Counted from the whole stretch's first letter, positions 1-13,767 are shown. The stretch is DNA of 62,654 nucleotides, filler included, from Choristocarpus tenellus KU-1152 (GCA_964200185.2; 12 parts of 12 records of this genome joined end to end with filler, not necessarily neighbours in it); one strand, 5' to 3'. The notes: generated from the letters alone by a model not told the origin. Made by a program: numbers and translations.

Positions 1-1749
1 TTTATTCCCCTAGCAGCAACATACTGTACTGCTGTATGGTAGCATGACTCAGGAAGAAGGGCACTCTTCGCGAGAAATGTTTACACGCGCGCCAAACTCG
101 CGTGAATATCTCTGGGAGTTTGTGCCTAATCGTCGGAATACGAGAATTCCGGTACAAAAGCCTATTTTTTTGAGCATGTCGAAAAAGCGGTACAAAATTG
201 CTTATTTTTCGATTTGGTTCATAATATTTGGTCCAAAATAGGGGCACCTACTGTAAATGCTTTATAAATACAACAGTAATAGTTGTCATCGTGTGCTAAT
301 ATTGATCCTGGGTTGATTTGTTGACAAGGAATCGAATGAGCATTTCAGAATGTCAATTTCGCATCCTTTACTGAGAATCGGAGAAAAAATATGTTCAATA
401 CCAAAATCAAGACAAATGGACAGTCGGGTGATGTAATAAATCAAAACGTTTTGTGGTCTACATTACTGTATCAACTCCCTTACTTTAATGGGGGTCATGT
501 TCCCAAACTAATTGCGATGAACAGCACCCCTTGTAGAACTCAATCTCAACAACATTATAAATTAGTGGTGTCCCCTCAAAGTCCACAACTAGGTTGGGTG
601 CCTTTGCAACATGGTTATCCTCCTTCTCTTTCCCATCTTCAAGGTGTGCATCGTGTGTTCTAAGCCATGGAAGGGACGGTAGCATCATCCTCCAGCAGTA
701 CAACAACAAGCCTTTTGACACTAGGTTTACACTCTGAAGCAGTGTGTAGATCGTATAAGTTTGTCTTCGCCCTCTGTTGACGAATCATCCTGCATGAGTG
801 AGAGTCATGTGAGCCGATGACGAGCAAGTCGTAGATCTGACCCAAGGATCATGTTAGAATGAGTTGCAAACTTTCGACGGCGTGCCCAAAACTCCTCTCA
901 ACATTACTTCAATTGGGCACTACACTCCACTTACCTTGTCTGCAGAACCAATAGAAGTCCCCAACTTGAGCGCCCTACTACGCCAACCTTCCCTCCCACC
1001 GGAAGTCCCTCCAGCAATAATGGACCCAAGAGGGTCTACCATGGTGATCGATGTCTCTTGTGAGGAGTTACCTTCTCCCCCTCCTTCCCGTCACCATTTT
1101 CGATTCATCTATACCCAGCCCGCCCTGCAACGTGTGATTTCAGTGCCAAGCTATTTGATTTGATCTTCGCTCTCAGGGCTCTGTTAGTGTTGACACAAGT
1201 ACTCACTGCAGGCTGACGGGCTAGGTTCTTCTTACAACAAGCGCTGACACAGACTTTAAACTATCCCCAGCAGGAACCTGTGTGACTTTGATGGTTTGCT
1301 CTCATTCCCCCACCCACCTAAATAGATTTTGCCATTCTCCCTTTGCTCGATGCACCCTCTCTCCCTTAGCATCCTCCAAAGCCCAACCATTAATAGGTGG
1401 AGGCATACGCATTTCTTGGCCCTTGATCATCAGACCTGTTTCAAATCCTACTACAATCAACCCTGCTCAAAAGTCATTGAAGACTAGAACTTGTGCTTAT
1501 TTGCCTTCTACAGGTGTTATGTGGGTGCGTTAGACTTGTTGCAGTGCCTCCAACCCAAAGTTGTGAGATAGCCCCCTCAAGGACGTGTTCAAGGTGTTGT
1601 CTTGGTATCCTTCATCTGATTATACAACCTCCGTGCCATAAGTCTGTGCCGCGTTGTCCATAACTTTTGAAGATATTGATGAAATTCATTTCTGAAGGAA
1701 GATTTGGAATACTTGACGAATTTCTGGTTAAGGTCGGCTCTTGGTTTAG

Positions 1750-2783
1750 AATTATTTCTCCTCATCCATCACATTTTTTTCAGCCCCAGGAAAAGCCTCC
1801 ATGTCTACCTTCGGCATGTTTTCAAGCTCACCAGACAACTGCCTCTTCCTTACCCCTGTGTGCTCCATACTGAAGTCATTTCCCCTTTTGTATCTAAGTG
1901 ATTCAAAGTACCTGGGGGGGGGGGTCTACACAGGTTGTCCATTAATGGACCATGACCAGGAGAATTGAACTTACATTGTCCATCGACGCATGCAACCAAA
2001 TCACCCAAAAAATCGTGACATGAAAAATGGGCCCTGAATGGACAGCTGTGACCCCCCTCAGATACTTTGAGCCAGTACTTGATTGTACACCACAAAAAGG
2101 AGCTGCCAAGCCCTCTCAAGTGTGGTTGTGGTTTCATCATACTCCTCATTCTGTTTCTTAATGACCTTCACCATCTCCTCGACGGATCCAAACCATTCCC
2201 CCACCACTTAGCATTTCAAAGACCTGAAGAAGCACAGGTCCACGATATTGAGGTCAGGGGATTTAGATGGCTGCGTCACAAGCCTAATCGATCACCCCAC
2301 ACTCTTCCCTGCCCCTGACAAGATATCTGAGTTGCCCTTGCCCGTGTGGGGGGTGGCACCATCTTGCTGAACGACAATGTGCTTCCCCTGCAACCAGGGC
2401 ATCTTGATCTTGATTGCAGGCAGGATTTCCTCCGTCTACCACTTCCTGTACCACAAATGGACTAAAGTACAGTCCTGCTCACACACATCCCCCTTTTTAT
2501 GGTTCTTGCTTGTCTTGTCTGCCGTTCTTGGCGCACACACACGCCAAACACCAAGCTTTCCATCAAAGCTGTGAGCCGAATCTTGGCGGGCATTGACTGC
2601 AACGATCATGTTTTGGGGGATATGACTCTTGTGCTGCACAGTAGGGGACCCTGGAAGGTCGCTATCATCCTCATGTGGAAATACCCTAACCCTTTCCCCC
2701 ATCAGCCACCACGTAAAACCAGGTTTCATCCACATGGGTTGTGTATGCCTCCATGGCGAACACACCACGTTTCCAGTTCACTT
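1750..2783 (-). pseudogene. Decayed Tc1/mariner transposase, plant-MLE (DD39D-like) type, interrupted by a MITE
   Basis: Minus-strand translation with stops and a frameshift gives HVDETWFY...VQHKSHIPQNM...FDGKLGVW...ILPAIK...IVVQQDGATPH...TQPSKSPDLNIVDLCFFRSL...LERAWQLLFVVYNQVL[MITE]RYKRGNDFSMEHTG. This matches the HxDEKWF / FDGKIG / QQDNA / QPPNSPDLN.LDLGFF / GGN motifs of plant-type mariners. Confidence 0.85.
1900..2073 (+). mobile_element. MITE family A, full copy inserted in the mariner transposase
   Basis: Terminal inverted repeats GATTCAAAGTACCTGGGGG...CCCCCTCAGATACTTTGAGCC with flanking duplication (A)AGT. The host reading frame resumes after the element. Confidence 0.9.
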
Positions 2784-2814
2784 GAGCCAAAGTATTTGGG
2801 GCGGTCGGAAGAGC
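2784..2814. mobile_element. MITE family A terminus at contig end
   Basis: GAGCCAAAGTATTTGGGG resembles the family TIR and is cut by a gap. Confidence 0.55.
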
Positions 2815-2914
2815 NNNNNNNNNNNNNNNNNNNNNNNNNNNNNNNNNNNNNNNNNNNNTTAATTAATTAANNNNNNNNNNNNNNNNNNNNNNNNNNNNNN
2901 NNNNNNNNNNNNNN

Positions 2915-4900
2915 ATCCTCAATGAAAAGCTCCATCCTCAATTTTTGAAATCGGCTGTTCAATGGTGTAAGTTGTACTTGAGGGGGTACGTGAGAGGGTG
3001 GACGTTTGTATTGATAATGCAAGATATGCCCTAGTGCACAGTAAGTCAGAAGTACAGAATAAAGTTCTAAATCAAGTTTTAAGATAATCTGCAGATGTCG
3101 TTTGCGGTGGTGGTACTGCCAGCACGCCGAGATCTTTCGTAAGTCAGGGGTCAACAGCATAGTCATAATGATAAAGGTGTGAGTTAGGGTGTCGTTCGCC
3201 TTGTCAACACTCCTGGACTCTGACTGAGCCATGACATTGGTTATCATTGTAAATAGTCCCAAGTGGTACGACTATGCCTCGTATTGGTGGAACAAGTAAT
3301 CCCTATGGAACAAGTGGTGCAGACTGCCCAAGGGATTGGTTTCTCTATATGTGAGATTTGTCTGGAACAGGGTGGGATCTACCATCACCCACGCTTTAGA
3401 AATGCATGTTTGAGTGCTCAAGCGCAAGTCTCAGTCACACAGTATACTGCTGTAGACGTTGGAAGAGAGGTCAAAAGGTATCCTGAGGCGGCCATTCCCA
3501 TCCATGGCAGGTGTTGGTTACTGCCAGCAAGGTTTCACTGATGATGTCTGCAATTGTTATGCGTTGCATGTCAACAAGAGGAGGGATCATACCCAAGGAG
3601 TGTGAATGAAGCGCACAGTGTAGGTGCCGGATAGATGACCGGGGGCAAAGTGTAGATTTTTCATTAGATCACGTACTAAATAAGGTTGCTGACGACACCT
3701 TGCTGGTGCATAATAGATTGCGCTCTTTAGTGTGTTAAGGTGGATGGAGTGCGTTTCAAATTCGAAATAGCAGAAGTGGACAAGAATAAAACAGCTTTTC
3801 ATGATCCGCATGGGAAATTGTTGGATTGCAATGGATGTTGGTATTGAAATCCCATGATGTGTGTTTTCCAGTTACATGAGGGAGGCTCATGGAAACTCAA
3901 GGATAATGGAGTTAGGAAGTATTGATCCAACGATCTAACTACTCACAGCAAACCTTTTGCAAACACACTAGTAAAACTCGATCCCCGCTTGCCTGAGCTC
4001 GCAAGCAATAAGATCCATCAGTTAACTTCCCAAGGTCTGCATATGTCATAAAATCATATTGTAGGAATGAAAGTATTGATCCATCTCTTAGAAAGTATAC
4101 TAAAGAAGTGGCGAAAAAGTGTGCCTTACAAGAAAGACTGTACTACCTCATAATACAACATACATTGACTCAAACAAAAAGAAGAGTGAGAGAAGAACGA
4201 AATCAGTGGTACGGTATCTGATCCGAACGCGAGACAAGTAATTCACAAAAAATTGGTCACTGGAGAATTACCTTGATATTACCACCATGCAGATCATGAA
4301 ATAGGTGCTTCAAGGGAAGCCCCAAAACCTAATTTTCTAGGTGCTTTGAAACATTTTATTTCAGTGAGTGTGAAAGGTTGTCTCCATTACTACAAAATAT
4401 AGAGGATGCTGTTGGAGGTAGGCGTTAGTGTTAACAGTGATAGGTGCGTACACTCGCTGAAAAAAAGTTTCGTCGAAGTACCTAAACTATGGAGGGATGA
4501 AGTCGTATTGTAGACATAGGCGCCAATAATACGTCATAGCAAGTGATGTTCGCCAATCATGTTGTATAACCTACTGTCGTGTGGAAGGCCTCTCCACTTT
4601 GATCAGCGGTATGGGGTTGTGGATAATGGATTGCTTGCATTAATTACATGTCTAACAGGGAGGGCCTACTCTTCGTAAGGAATATGATTGTAACCGGACC
4701 CAACTCTGATTCGTCCTGTGGGAAGATATCACCGTCTGTTGTACAAATCGTCAAGGCTGGTATTGTATTTTACACGTTGAAGTTTCACAATGTCGCCATA
4801 TATTTTTCTGGTCGGTGTAAAGACTGGTATTTGTAGTAGTTTAAATATATACTTCGAAGTAGTACATAATAATCCTAAATAACAGAGACCACTTTCAATG
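2915..4900 (-). mobile_element. Heavily decayed Ty1/copia-like RT-RNaseH remnant (tentative)
   Basis: Only scattered minus-strand fragments, e.g. TIYNDNQ and VPP...SADYLK, resembling copia RNaseH 'IYxDN' and 'ADxLTK' motifs. There is no intact ORF. Confidence 0.3.
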
Positions 4901-6147
4901 CCTCCTCCAGACTTGTTATTCTCCTTCCTCTGATAATATGTAGTGATGGGTAGTGTCTTTTCCGACTCATATGGACGTAGTAGTATTAAGTCGCTTTTTC
5001 GATTAAGGGTATAGTTTATGGCCTGTGAGGTGTTCATGAGCAAAGATCCTCAGACTATCTGTAGGGATGACGCAATGAGGGGTATCAAATAGACCAGAAA
5101 TCTGGACCTATAACGAAATGTTCCAAATAGTGGTTTTGATACTACATAACTAATCACCCCTCAAACCAAGAAAGAGGTTGTGTGACTAGTCAAAACTACA
5201 CAAGCTACATTGATCATGCGCCATCGGAATGTGATGATCTGTCCGTTATGCGCCAAAGTAGACGACACATTGGTATCAACCAATCACTCAGTCAGCACCT
5301 TCTTCGCACATTGGTGGAAGAGTAATTGGGGCTATGAACAAGTGTCACTGCGACTGTGCCCTGCCTGTAGTTTGTCATGGCTTGTACAAAGTGGACTTAC
5401 TTATTGGTGCCCAAGGGGACGGGCAGACAGCAGGGCACATCAACGCAATGAATGAGAGTTGGAAGTAAATAATAGTAATTGAGAGGTAGGCAGGATTTCG
5501 CCCTGTTGAATTAAAGCTAGTTTTCTTACCCTGTGCAATACACCCTATTTCATTTATTTATGCGGACAATAGTGTCTGCAAAAATGATACCCCCTCTTCA
5601 CACACAAAACTACCCCACGGTTCAGCAAAGGACCTATCCCAAAACGCACTAAAGTGGCATGTTTTGGTCTGTTGGGATCCTTGGGATGCAACCTTGCTTA
5701 ACGCTCGATTACTTTGACTCTTTTGCTTCACAAAAGCACTGATAGTGACATGGAGGCAACATTTAAAGTAGGGTTTTGGTTTAGTCGGTGAGGACTCTAC
5801 TAAAAATATCTAAACGCAATAAATCTGCAACTAGACATTTTATTCATCGAATCAGCGCCCTCGTCAAGAGCTGCAAATAAATGAAGAGGGTCGTAATCTT
5901 TTTTGGGACAGGGATATCCTATACTTCGTAGTACTCCAGATCTACTTAGTGAGGGTAACAATATTTGGGTGAAGTGAGGGAATTGGGGGTTAGTCGAAGG
6001 AGAGTTGGGGGGGGGACAAAGATTGAGGAAGACGACTAATCATATATNNNNNNNNNNNNNNNNNNNNNNNNNNNNNNNNNNNNNNNNNNNNTTAATTAAT
6101 TAANNNNNNNNNNNNNNNNNNNNNNNNNNNNNNNNNNNNNNNNNNNN

Positions 6148-6233
6148 ATGGAACAAAATCACCCAAAAATCGCGACATGAACAAATTGACCCCATATGGA
6201 CAGCCGCCACCCCCCTCCCAGATACCTTGAGCT
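6148..6233 (+). mobile_element. MITE family A, right half at contig start
   Basis: AAATCACCCAAAAATCGCGACATGAA...ATGGACAGCCGCCACCCCCC...AGATACCTTGAGC matches the other copies. Confidence 0.88.
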
Positions 6234-7665
6234 TGATACACGCTCAAACACCAATATTCGTACTCCTTAGTGTGCATGGTGGATGTCTCTTGCCATGGGG
6301 TATACGTATTCCTGCACATGAACAACATTGAAAAGCAGCACAAGCATTTTACTTGAGGCAAACATTGCAATAGTACAAGCTCTGCTTCTGCTTTGAAAAT
6401 ATTGGCTCTGCCGACCAAGAGTTGAAATTGGAGGAAAGAAAATTATACTATGTAATGATGATATCTGTAGGTATCCCTAACCCTATCCCTCCAAGCATCG
6501 CTGCAAACCATATGCAATCTATCAGGTTGATTTCTAAAGTTGAAAAATAGAAATAGAAAATGATACCTCGCAAACTCAAGGATTATGTTTCTAGCAAGGA
6601 AAAACAAAAGTATTCGAGAAACAAATCTCCACTCAACCTTTCTCTTCTACAAATACCTCATCTATTTCGAAATGTACTCAATATCGCACAACATTTTTTC
6701 ATATTTTCACATGCCTGTGCATGGAAGATTCACTTCCATGCTGAATACAACTACTGCTTAGTACGAATAACATAATTTCTTCCTGTATGCCAGGTCTTTG
6801 TCAGGAAAGGATGTCCAGGTATATAGCATGGTGACTCCCAACTGTATCACGTTGTTGCTGACCCCCACAACCTTTCGTGCATCAAACACAGGGCTGGAGT
6901 GCTCTATTAGCTCATGCACTGAGGTCTACGATAGGTGTGCATACATTGCAATGGGGAATACGGAATGGGGTAAGGATAAGTCGAAATGTGGTCCCTTTCG
7001 GGTACATCAGGGGGGCACATCACACATCCTTTGTTATTGTGTACCCCTCCCGTTTCTGTCCCTCATACCCTTACGGCTTCTCTATCACATCAGCCAGTCC
7101 CAACAAGCAAGTTCCAGTTATCAGGGTAACATTTCAAGGCAGAGAAAATATCCTCTGACCGTTGCGTGACCAGGAGGAAGGAGGCGATTCTCTGGACAAG
7201 CACATGCAGAACACAACTCCCCACAAGTGAAACTGCGCTTTGGTCGGATCAAAAGACACCTTTCCGCTGGTGTTTGGGGACCATTCACTCATTTACCGTT
7301 TGCCCTGCGCAATATATCCTCGTACGAAACTCATGCACTGGTTGGCAGAATCTCCCACCTCCCAGATCAGACAAGTACTGATCCTAACCCTAACCCTACA
7401 CCTTTTCTACATAATACTAATATATGATGCTACTTACGCCTACATACTCGGAAGTACTCAATAGGAATTGAAACGGTTTTTCGTGTAACCGAAAAATGTA
7501 CAAAATGAATGTGTGGTGCATTCAGTCATCCAGTCAACCACACCCACACACACTAGTGAATTTAGGCGGCTCATCGGATTGAGGTAGGTAGTATCGAGTT
7601 GGTTCCGAGAGAGCTCTGGACAGCTTCTTCAGATCAACCAGAAGAACCTATTTTCAGCGTGGACA

Positions 7666-10379
7666 ATGGCTGATTACAGGGCTGTTGGTCCTGCTTCGCG
7701 GAGGCCGCCTTCTGGAAGGTCGGGTACACGAATCTCCTAAGAGGGAAAGACAAAACAATCCGTCTCGCGTAAGCAATCATCTCACCAGCTCTGTGTCCTT
7801 TTCAACTGCGCACGAAAAAGATGTCGTTATCCTTGTCGAAACCAAAACACTGTAATGTCTGCGTCAGGGGAAGGCGGACCTACGATCGAGGGAGTGGGGG
7901 GCCCACTTGGCGTGCTCCACCACCGTACGTCCCCAACAAAGTCGACCAAAGGAGTGTCCACGGTGGAGATACGGCCGGGGTCGTTGGGGGACCTCAACAG
8001 CTGCCCATCGACCCCTCTGGGAATGAGGACGAGGGTGAAGTCGCCATGAGGTGGGATCTTTCCAGGGGTATAGTGCTTCGCGCGAGCATTCGTGCCTACA
8101 TCTTCTCAGTCAATCGATCTCCGTGAGATTCCAGTCCAGCTTCCAGCACATCTCGTACCCGTATTTCAATCTGCACCAATCGAGAATCCCTTGTTAAATT
8201 ATCATTTCATTCCTTTCGCATCGGGGGTACTTGATGACACCTCTACCCTAACCCCAAGCGTGCACGTAATATACTGCTGTTCGTGTGGAATTCATCTCTC
8301 CTTCTCAAGAATGGGAAGATCCCAAGCTCTCTGTTTTTGTGCTGCTGAAATTTAAAAATATTTTCCTCTCGAAAACAAGGGAATGGAGAGCTTCCGGCCT
8401 GTCCAAATTGTGCGGTGATGAGCTGTGGCTAAGTGGGCGCTTCAACAACATTTTGATTCGTGCGCCAGGAACGGTCAAGAGGTCATCGGACAATGTCTTC
8501 TTCTTCGTGGAGAGGAATAGTGCCTCCAGTGCCCTCATTGTTGAGGAGCCACCATCGACCATTGAGGACGGGGAAAAATGTCAGGCCACCGTCCTCCGCT
8601 TCAGGACAAGGTGAGAGTCCTTAGTCGACACCCTCCTTGTGCACACCAATGCTCTTCACCAGAATGGGATGAGATAGTTCCTTCTCCTCCAATATGGATT
8701 GTCGTCTGAGAAGGGTTGCCATGCTAGTATCACTTGCCAGTCTTGGTGATGTTTTGAACAAGGGAACGGGCATGGGACCTCTTAGATGTCAGGTTGCATG
8801 TCCAAGACTGGAACTTACTTACATTGCCGTGGGCGTTTCAACAAGAAGCTATAATCAAGTTCCTCAGACTTCTACAACAGTCTGTAATAGCATGCTTCCA
8901 TGAAAAGGGCGTGTTTGTGTTTGTTTGAGTACATCCCCCACTAGTCAACAACAAACGTCCGTGCGGCCCCCTCCCGAATCCCCTGATCAGAATTCCTGGT
9001 CTCCAGGCTGTAGCAATAAGAGTAAAGAGCATAGTTCGGAAGAAGGTGCCTGAACCTGTCTCAACGATAGGGATGATGGGAGGAGGTGAAGGGGGTGGCA
9101 AAGAAAAAAACACCATCGGAAAGGACAGCAACGGCGGCGAGGAACACGGCACCAGTGGGGAAGACAACAACGCAATCCCCTCCACTATCCCGCCCCTCGT
9201 TGTTGGCTCACGCACCGACAGCATTCCTGTGCTCTCCTCTCCACCCACACCTGACATTGGACATGACACGACCGACAATATTGCGAATCACCGGGTTGTG
9301 ACCATGGGCGGTGAGGGGGAAGCTCCCCTCAATCCTGCACCACTGAACAGGGAAGGACCTCGTGGAAGCACAATCCTGCAGAGACTTGGGGTTTTGTTTG
9401 TGATTGTTGCCAGTGTTGCCCTCAGTGCAGTGGCAATATTTGCTGTGAGAGAGGGAGGGGTCGACTTAATTGAGTTCCTGCCAAAGGTGTGTCTCATTCC
9501 AAGTGAACTTTGCACCTGAGTCACTAACACGTCTTCCCCACACCGCTATGCTACCTGGAAAAACAATGTGGGAAATGGAAAAGGTTGAACAGGTGTTTGA
9601 AGGGTTGATTCCCTTACGTACTTGCATTGGCCCAGTGTCCACCTGACATACGACTCATTCTCTCATCCTAACTCTCTTCTCACTGCCCCTCTCGCTGCCC
9701 TCCTCCACGAAACTCTGACTGCCAGATCCTGCGGTGGCAAGCTGTGGAGAAGTTGGAGGCTGACACCCCATTGCCACTCGCAACCTACCCATCACCATGT
9801 GAGGGTGGCAAGAATGTACACCTGTGCAGAGAAAGACTATTTCCCAAAGATCGAGTACTTGTACCTGGCGAGTTCCTCATGGCAGGATCCGCCTCAGCAA
9901 GTACGATACTATGGGTAATGGAGGGTGGGGGACTCATGTCCTGCCAAGGCTGTGACCCTACAGTCCCACAATCAGGGGATACAACCTTCGTCGTACCTCC
10001 GCCACCCCCTGTCATGGAGGAGCACCCAAGCCGACGTTTCAAGGTGCAGAATCCATTTCCTTGGGGGGGAAGGGGCTCGAGGTCGCCCTCATTGGCTAAA
10101 TATGACCAAAGAAGGGAGGCCGAGATTTCAAAGAAGGATGAGACTGGCAGGGCTGAGGTCATACCCTTTGCATCGGTGAAGGGGGGTCGCCTCTATGTGT
10201 GTGCCGGAGGCACTGTGTATTACAAGAGTCCACGCCATCGCGGTTGGTTATGGGACAAGCTCAGACACTCAAGTGATATTAATGCAGCCACTTTGGAAAT
10301 CACAACGGACGAGACTGTTCGGGTAGTCACACCCAGAGGAAAAATCCTCTGGGAGTCGGCCAAGCCCAGAGCTATATAG
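7666..10379 (+). CDS. Uncharacterised single-pass membrane protein (~538 aa) with bulb-type (B-)lectin-like C-terminus; exons 7666-7718, 7868-8050, 8380-8610, 8991-9486, 9726-10379
   Basis: All four GT-AG introns are phase-compatible (2,2,2,0), giving an open frame from ATG to TAG (1617 nt). There is a hydrophobic segment LGVLFVIVASVALSAVAIFAV. C-terminal VLVPGEFL...LEITTDETVRVVTPRGKILWES resembles B-lectin strands; that domain call is an inference. Confidence 0.8.
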
Positions 10380-10455
10380 CAGGGTGGGAGGAGTGTTTGT
10401 GTGGTTTCTTTGGGGTTTTACCCATTATATTATCATTATTATTTTTTCGTGGGTG

Positions 10456-10459
<4 letters not shown>

Positions 10460-10488
<29 letters not shown>
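10460..10488. repeat. (AG)n microsatellite
   Basis: Seen directly, in the probable 3' UTR. Confidence 0.95.
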
Positions 10489-10491
<3 letters not shown>

Positions 10492-11174
10492 CAGTGGTTG
10501 GGATAGGATCGATTGAAGGTTGCAGGTGTACGTAGTTATGGTTGAGGTTTAGTCTGCTGCCACCAAGCAAGTTGTGCACAAGTGCAACAAAAATGTCTAT
10601 ACCATCCCCTTGACAGTTGTATCACGAATCTCGCCCTAGTTTTATTCTGGTCTACAAATTACTACTAATGTTGTACAGAAAAACAAATGCATTTCAATCC
10701 CCACTGGTAGCAGTGTTCACTGATATGAAGCAACTATTATTAGTTACGTAGTGCTGGCACCCCTTTCTTTTTTTCTGTAATAATCCACACTTGTAGTACA
10801 GAATGATATCAAGAAGACAAAACATTTTATCCTCAAAAATTGTGTTCAACGATTTCATCAGAACAAACTCGAATAACGTACTTACCTGTCTCCAGTATGA
10901 CTAGTATACCTAGATCAGAACAACTGTTAACTGGACATCAATCAATGAACATATCTGGTTCATGTCATACACAAGATATACAACAGAAACCTCTGTCAGA
11001 GACAACATATCGGCAACACATTCTTCGTAGATCCATCACTGTCTCTACGTCCTATTGTCTACTCTACCACGAGCACTTGATGGAAGGAAGAAGTTTTCCG
11101 TTTAGGTATGCGTGCCTGTGCTTAATGTGTCTATTTATTGTGAAGAACACAAGGCCAATGTGGAGGTACATTCA

Positions 11175-11239
11175 CACATACATACATACATACATACATA
11201 CATACATACATACATACATACATACATACATACATACAT
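11175..11239. repeat. (ACAT)n microsatellite
   Basis: About 16 perfect units, seen directly. Confidence 0.95.
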
Positions 11240-11724
11240 CCTACGAGCTTACTGATTGGATTTTTCTTCGTTTTGGAACCTTTTTAGTAGTGAGATCCCA
11301 AAAATTGCAGTTTGCTTTTGACTGGATCTTTTTCAAAATTACATACATATTGGGAGATATTTTCGTACAGTATTGGTAATCTCTCATGCACGGAAAAGAG
11401 AAACTAGGGGTTGGAAACAGATTTAAGTGAAGGCAAACGTCAATACAAGAAAGGTACAATCTTGCGTAAGGTATGATCGATCTGTCAAATATGAAAATCC
11501 AGTTATACATTATGACTTGCAAAATCTGAATGTCTCTTCGAAGTACATGACATATATCATGAATGTTCTTATCATGGTTAGGAAAAACAAGAAATGATAG
11601 TATCTTGAATGATGTCAATTCAGTAGTATATAATATTAGCATTATAGGGATGGGGTTAGGAAGGAACTTAAGGAATGTTTCAAAGAGGTTTTGAATTGCA
11701 GTGATTCAATAGCCCCCAATTCAA

Positions 11725-11909
11725 GACCCAAAGCACCTGGGGGGGGGAGGGGGGTCTACATCATGGTGTCCATTTGACCCAAAACCAGGAAAAATGCACT
11801 TTCATTATCCATTCGACTTATGGAACCAAATCACCCAAAAATCGCGATATACATGAAAAAAATGGCCCCAAATGGACAGCCGCCACCCCACGTCCAGATA
11901 CGTTGAACC
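11725..11909 (+). mobile_element. MITE family A, full copy with 4-bp TSD TCAA
   Basis: TCAA|GACCCAAAGCACCTGGGG...CCAGATACGTTGAACC|TCAA. Confidence 0.9.
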
Positions 11910-12444
11910 TCAATCAATTGTTGAACAGTTACTCTTGAAATCAAACACATGGTCATTTTCCGCTGCAAACGCTGTCTAACCCATCTGCTAAACTCTCCCT
12001 GTGGTACCTTCGTTTATACCTTGAAGCGCACGTTATTTCACTTCTTATCCATCCCATCGGAGAACAGAAATTACAATATTGTAGCCACTTCAAAGGATCT
12101 AAGAATACAGTCACACACAAGAGACTTTGGATTGAGAAACACTATCTGTGACAGGCCCACAGATTACGTCATGCACACTACAATACAGATCAATCTCTTC
12201 CCATCATCCACCCCATCACACTCCAACAATTTATCACCTGAAGAGTGTGAAGAGAAGACACTTCGGCTGCGTAATAGTATCACAACACATCAACCCCCCC
12301 CTCTCCCCCTAAGCCCAAGAATCAAACCAGAATGTCCGTCTATAGCACCTGTGAGGACAGCCTTGCCTCTGAGGCAGGCACTCCGGATATGCTGTCAGGC
12401 TCAGACAGGCTGGAGTACACTTGCAGCAACAGCTGATGCCAAGG

Positions 12445-12445
<1 letters not shown>

Positions 12446-12479
<34 letters not shown>
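12446..12479. repeat. (CA)n microsatellite
   Basis: Seen directly. Confidence 0.95.
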
Positions 12480-12481
<2 letters not shown>

Positions 12482-12975
12482 GATATTAGTATGGGTATGA
12501 CCCATGCATGGCACAGATTCACGGAATACATACATATATACACACACCAAAGGGTTGACCATCAAACAAAGAGTTACTAACGTCAAGGAGGAGATGGAGA
12601 CAGGGTTCGTGAGTGGGTGTCATCAGAAAACTATGTATGTCTTCCAGTCCTATTCAGGGGGAGGCATTGTTGTTGAAATGGCCGTCTTTGGTGCAACCTG
12701 GGAAAAAGAAAAGTACTGCCGAGAGAAGCATAGTAAAAAAAGCAATGTAACAAGAAAACCAGAACAAAAACACACCCCATTTAAACACATCTAATCACAC
12801 ATTTGGGAAATACCAATGATAATGGTGTACAATCTATTGTACTATACAACTATTCAAGCCCTGTAAGCCATACCCAACCTGACTCAATATTGTTCTTGAT
12901 TCGTTTTTTATATTTTGTGTTTTAGAACGCCAGTAGCCATCACTAGTGTGTCAGTAGATGTGATGGGCGAGGAGA

Positions 12976-13024
12976 GGGTCAAAGTATCTTGGGGGGGGGG
13001 TTGGTTTTTGAGGGGGCGTCCGTT
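12976..13024. mobile_element. MITE family A terminus at contig end
   Basis: GGGTCAAAGTATCTTGGGGGG followed by the gap. Confidence 0.75.
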
Positions 13025-13767
13025 NNNNNNNNNNNNNNNNNNNNNNNNNNNNNNNNNNNNNNNNNNNNTTAATTAATTAANNNNNNNNNNNNNNNNNNNN
13101 NNNNNNNNNNNNNNNNNNNNNNNNGGGTCTTCCCGCTCCCCTTCATTACGAAGAACCTGTCGGCTGTTTCCACCTGTTTCACAGTCTTAAAAACGATTTG
13201 GTTGTATGTGTCGTATGGATAATATATTTTATATACCCACCTGTACCTAGCTTAGCATCCTTGTGCTCAGGAAGTATGGAAAAATACACAGTCATTGATT
13301 TATTGTTACAGACGAATAGCGCGAGTATTTCTTCTCACGTTCTAACAAGGCGAGCAGTATACACGCGTGGGGAACCTAATAAAGAGGAACTTCGACATGT
13401 TAAAGGTTTCAGAGTAAGATCTGTAACTTGGGAATGTTTCAACGGTTTTCAGATGTATTCCAACTTCTGTTAGCTAAAACAAACAAACGGTAAATGATGA
13501 TGAAAGAAATAATAAAAAGAGCCTTACATAAGCAATGCCCTCTGATCACTTTTCGAATTCCGATGCCAAATTCAGAGTGAAAGTATCTTAGAGAGTACGA
13601 GTTTTACCCTTGTCCTTCTGGGGCTTGGGTTCCCACCGGTTTTTTATGACACTTTTCTACTCCGAAATGGTTCAGAGGGGGTAAAATGTATACATTATGA
13701 AAACGTGTCTGGAATAAGGATATTGACACCTTCCTAACAAACACCATAGCCAAAAATATATCAAAAT

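Noticed and set aside
480-1600. Possible Harbinger DDE fragment (NVERSFG on minus strand)
   Set aside because: A single short motif with no supporting neighbours.
2859-2870. TTAATTAATTAA as a biological motif and ORFs ending in X…LIN
   Set aside because: It is an assembly linker.
12349-12432. Isolated exon-like segment on minus strand (LLLQVYSS…LSSQ); similar isolated candidates at 23166-23385 and 39166-39206
   Set aside because: Splice sites are plausible, but I could not link them to partner exons or any recognisable protein.
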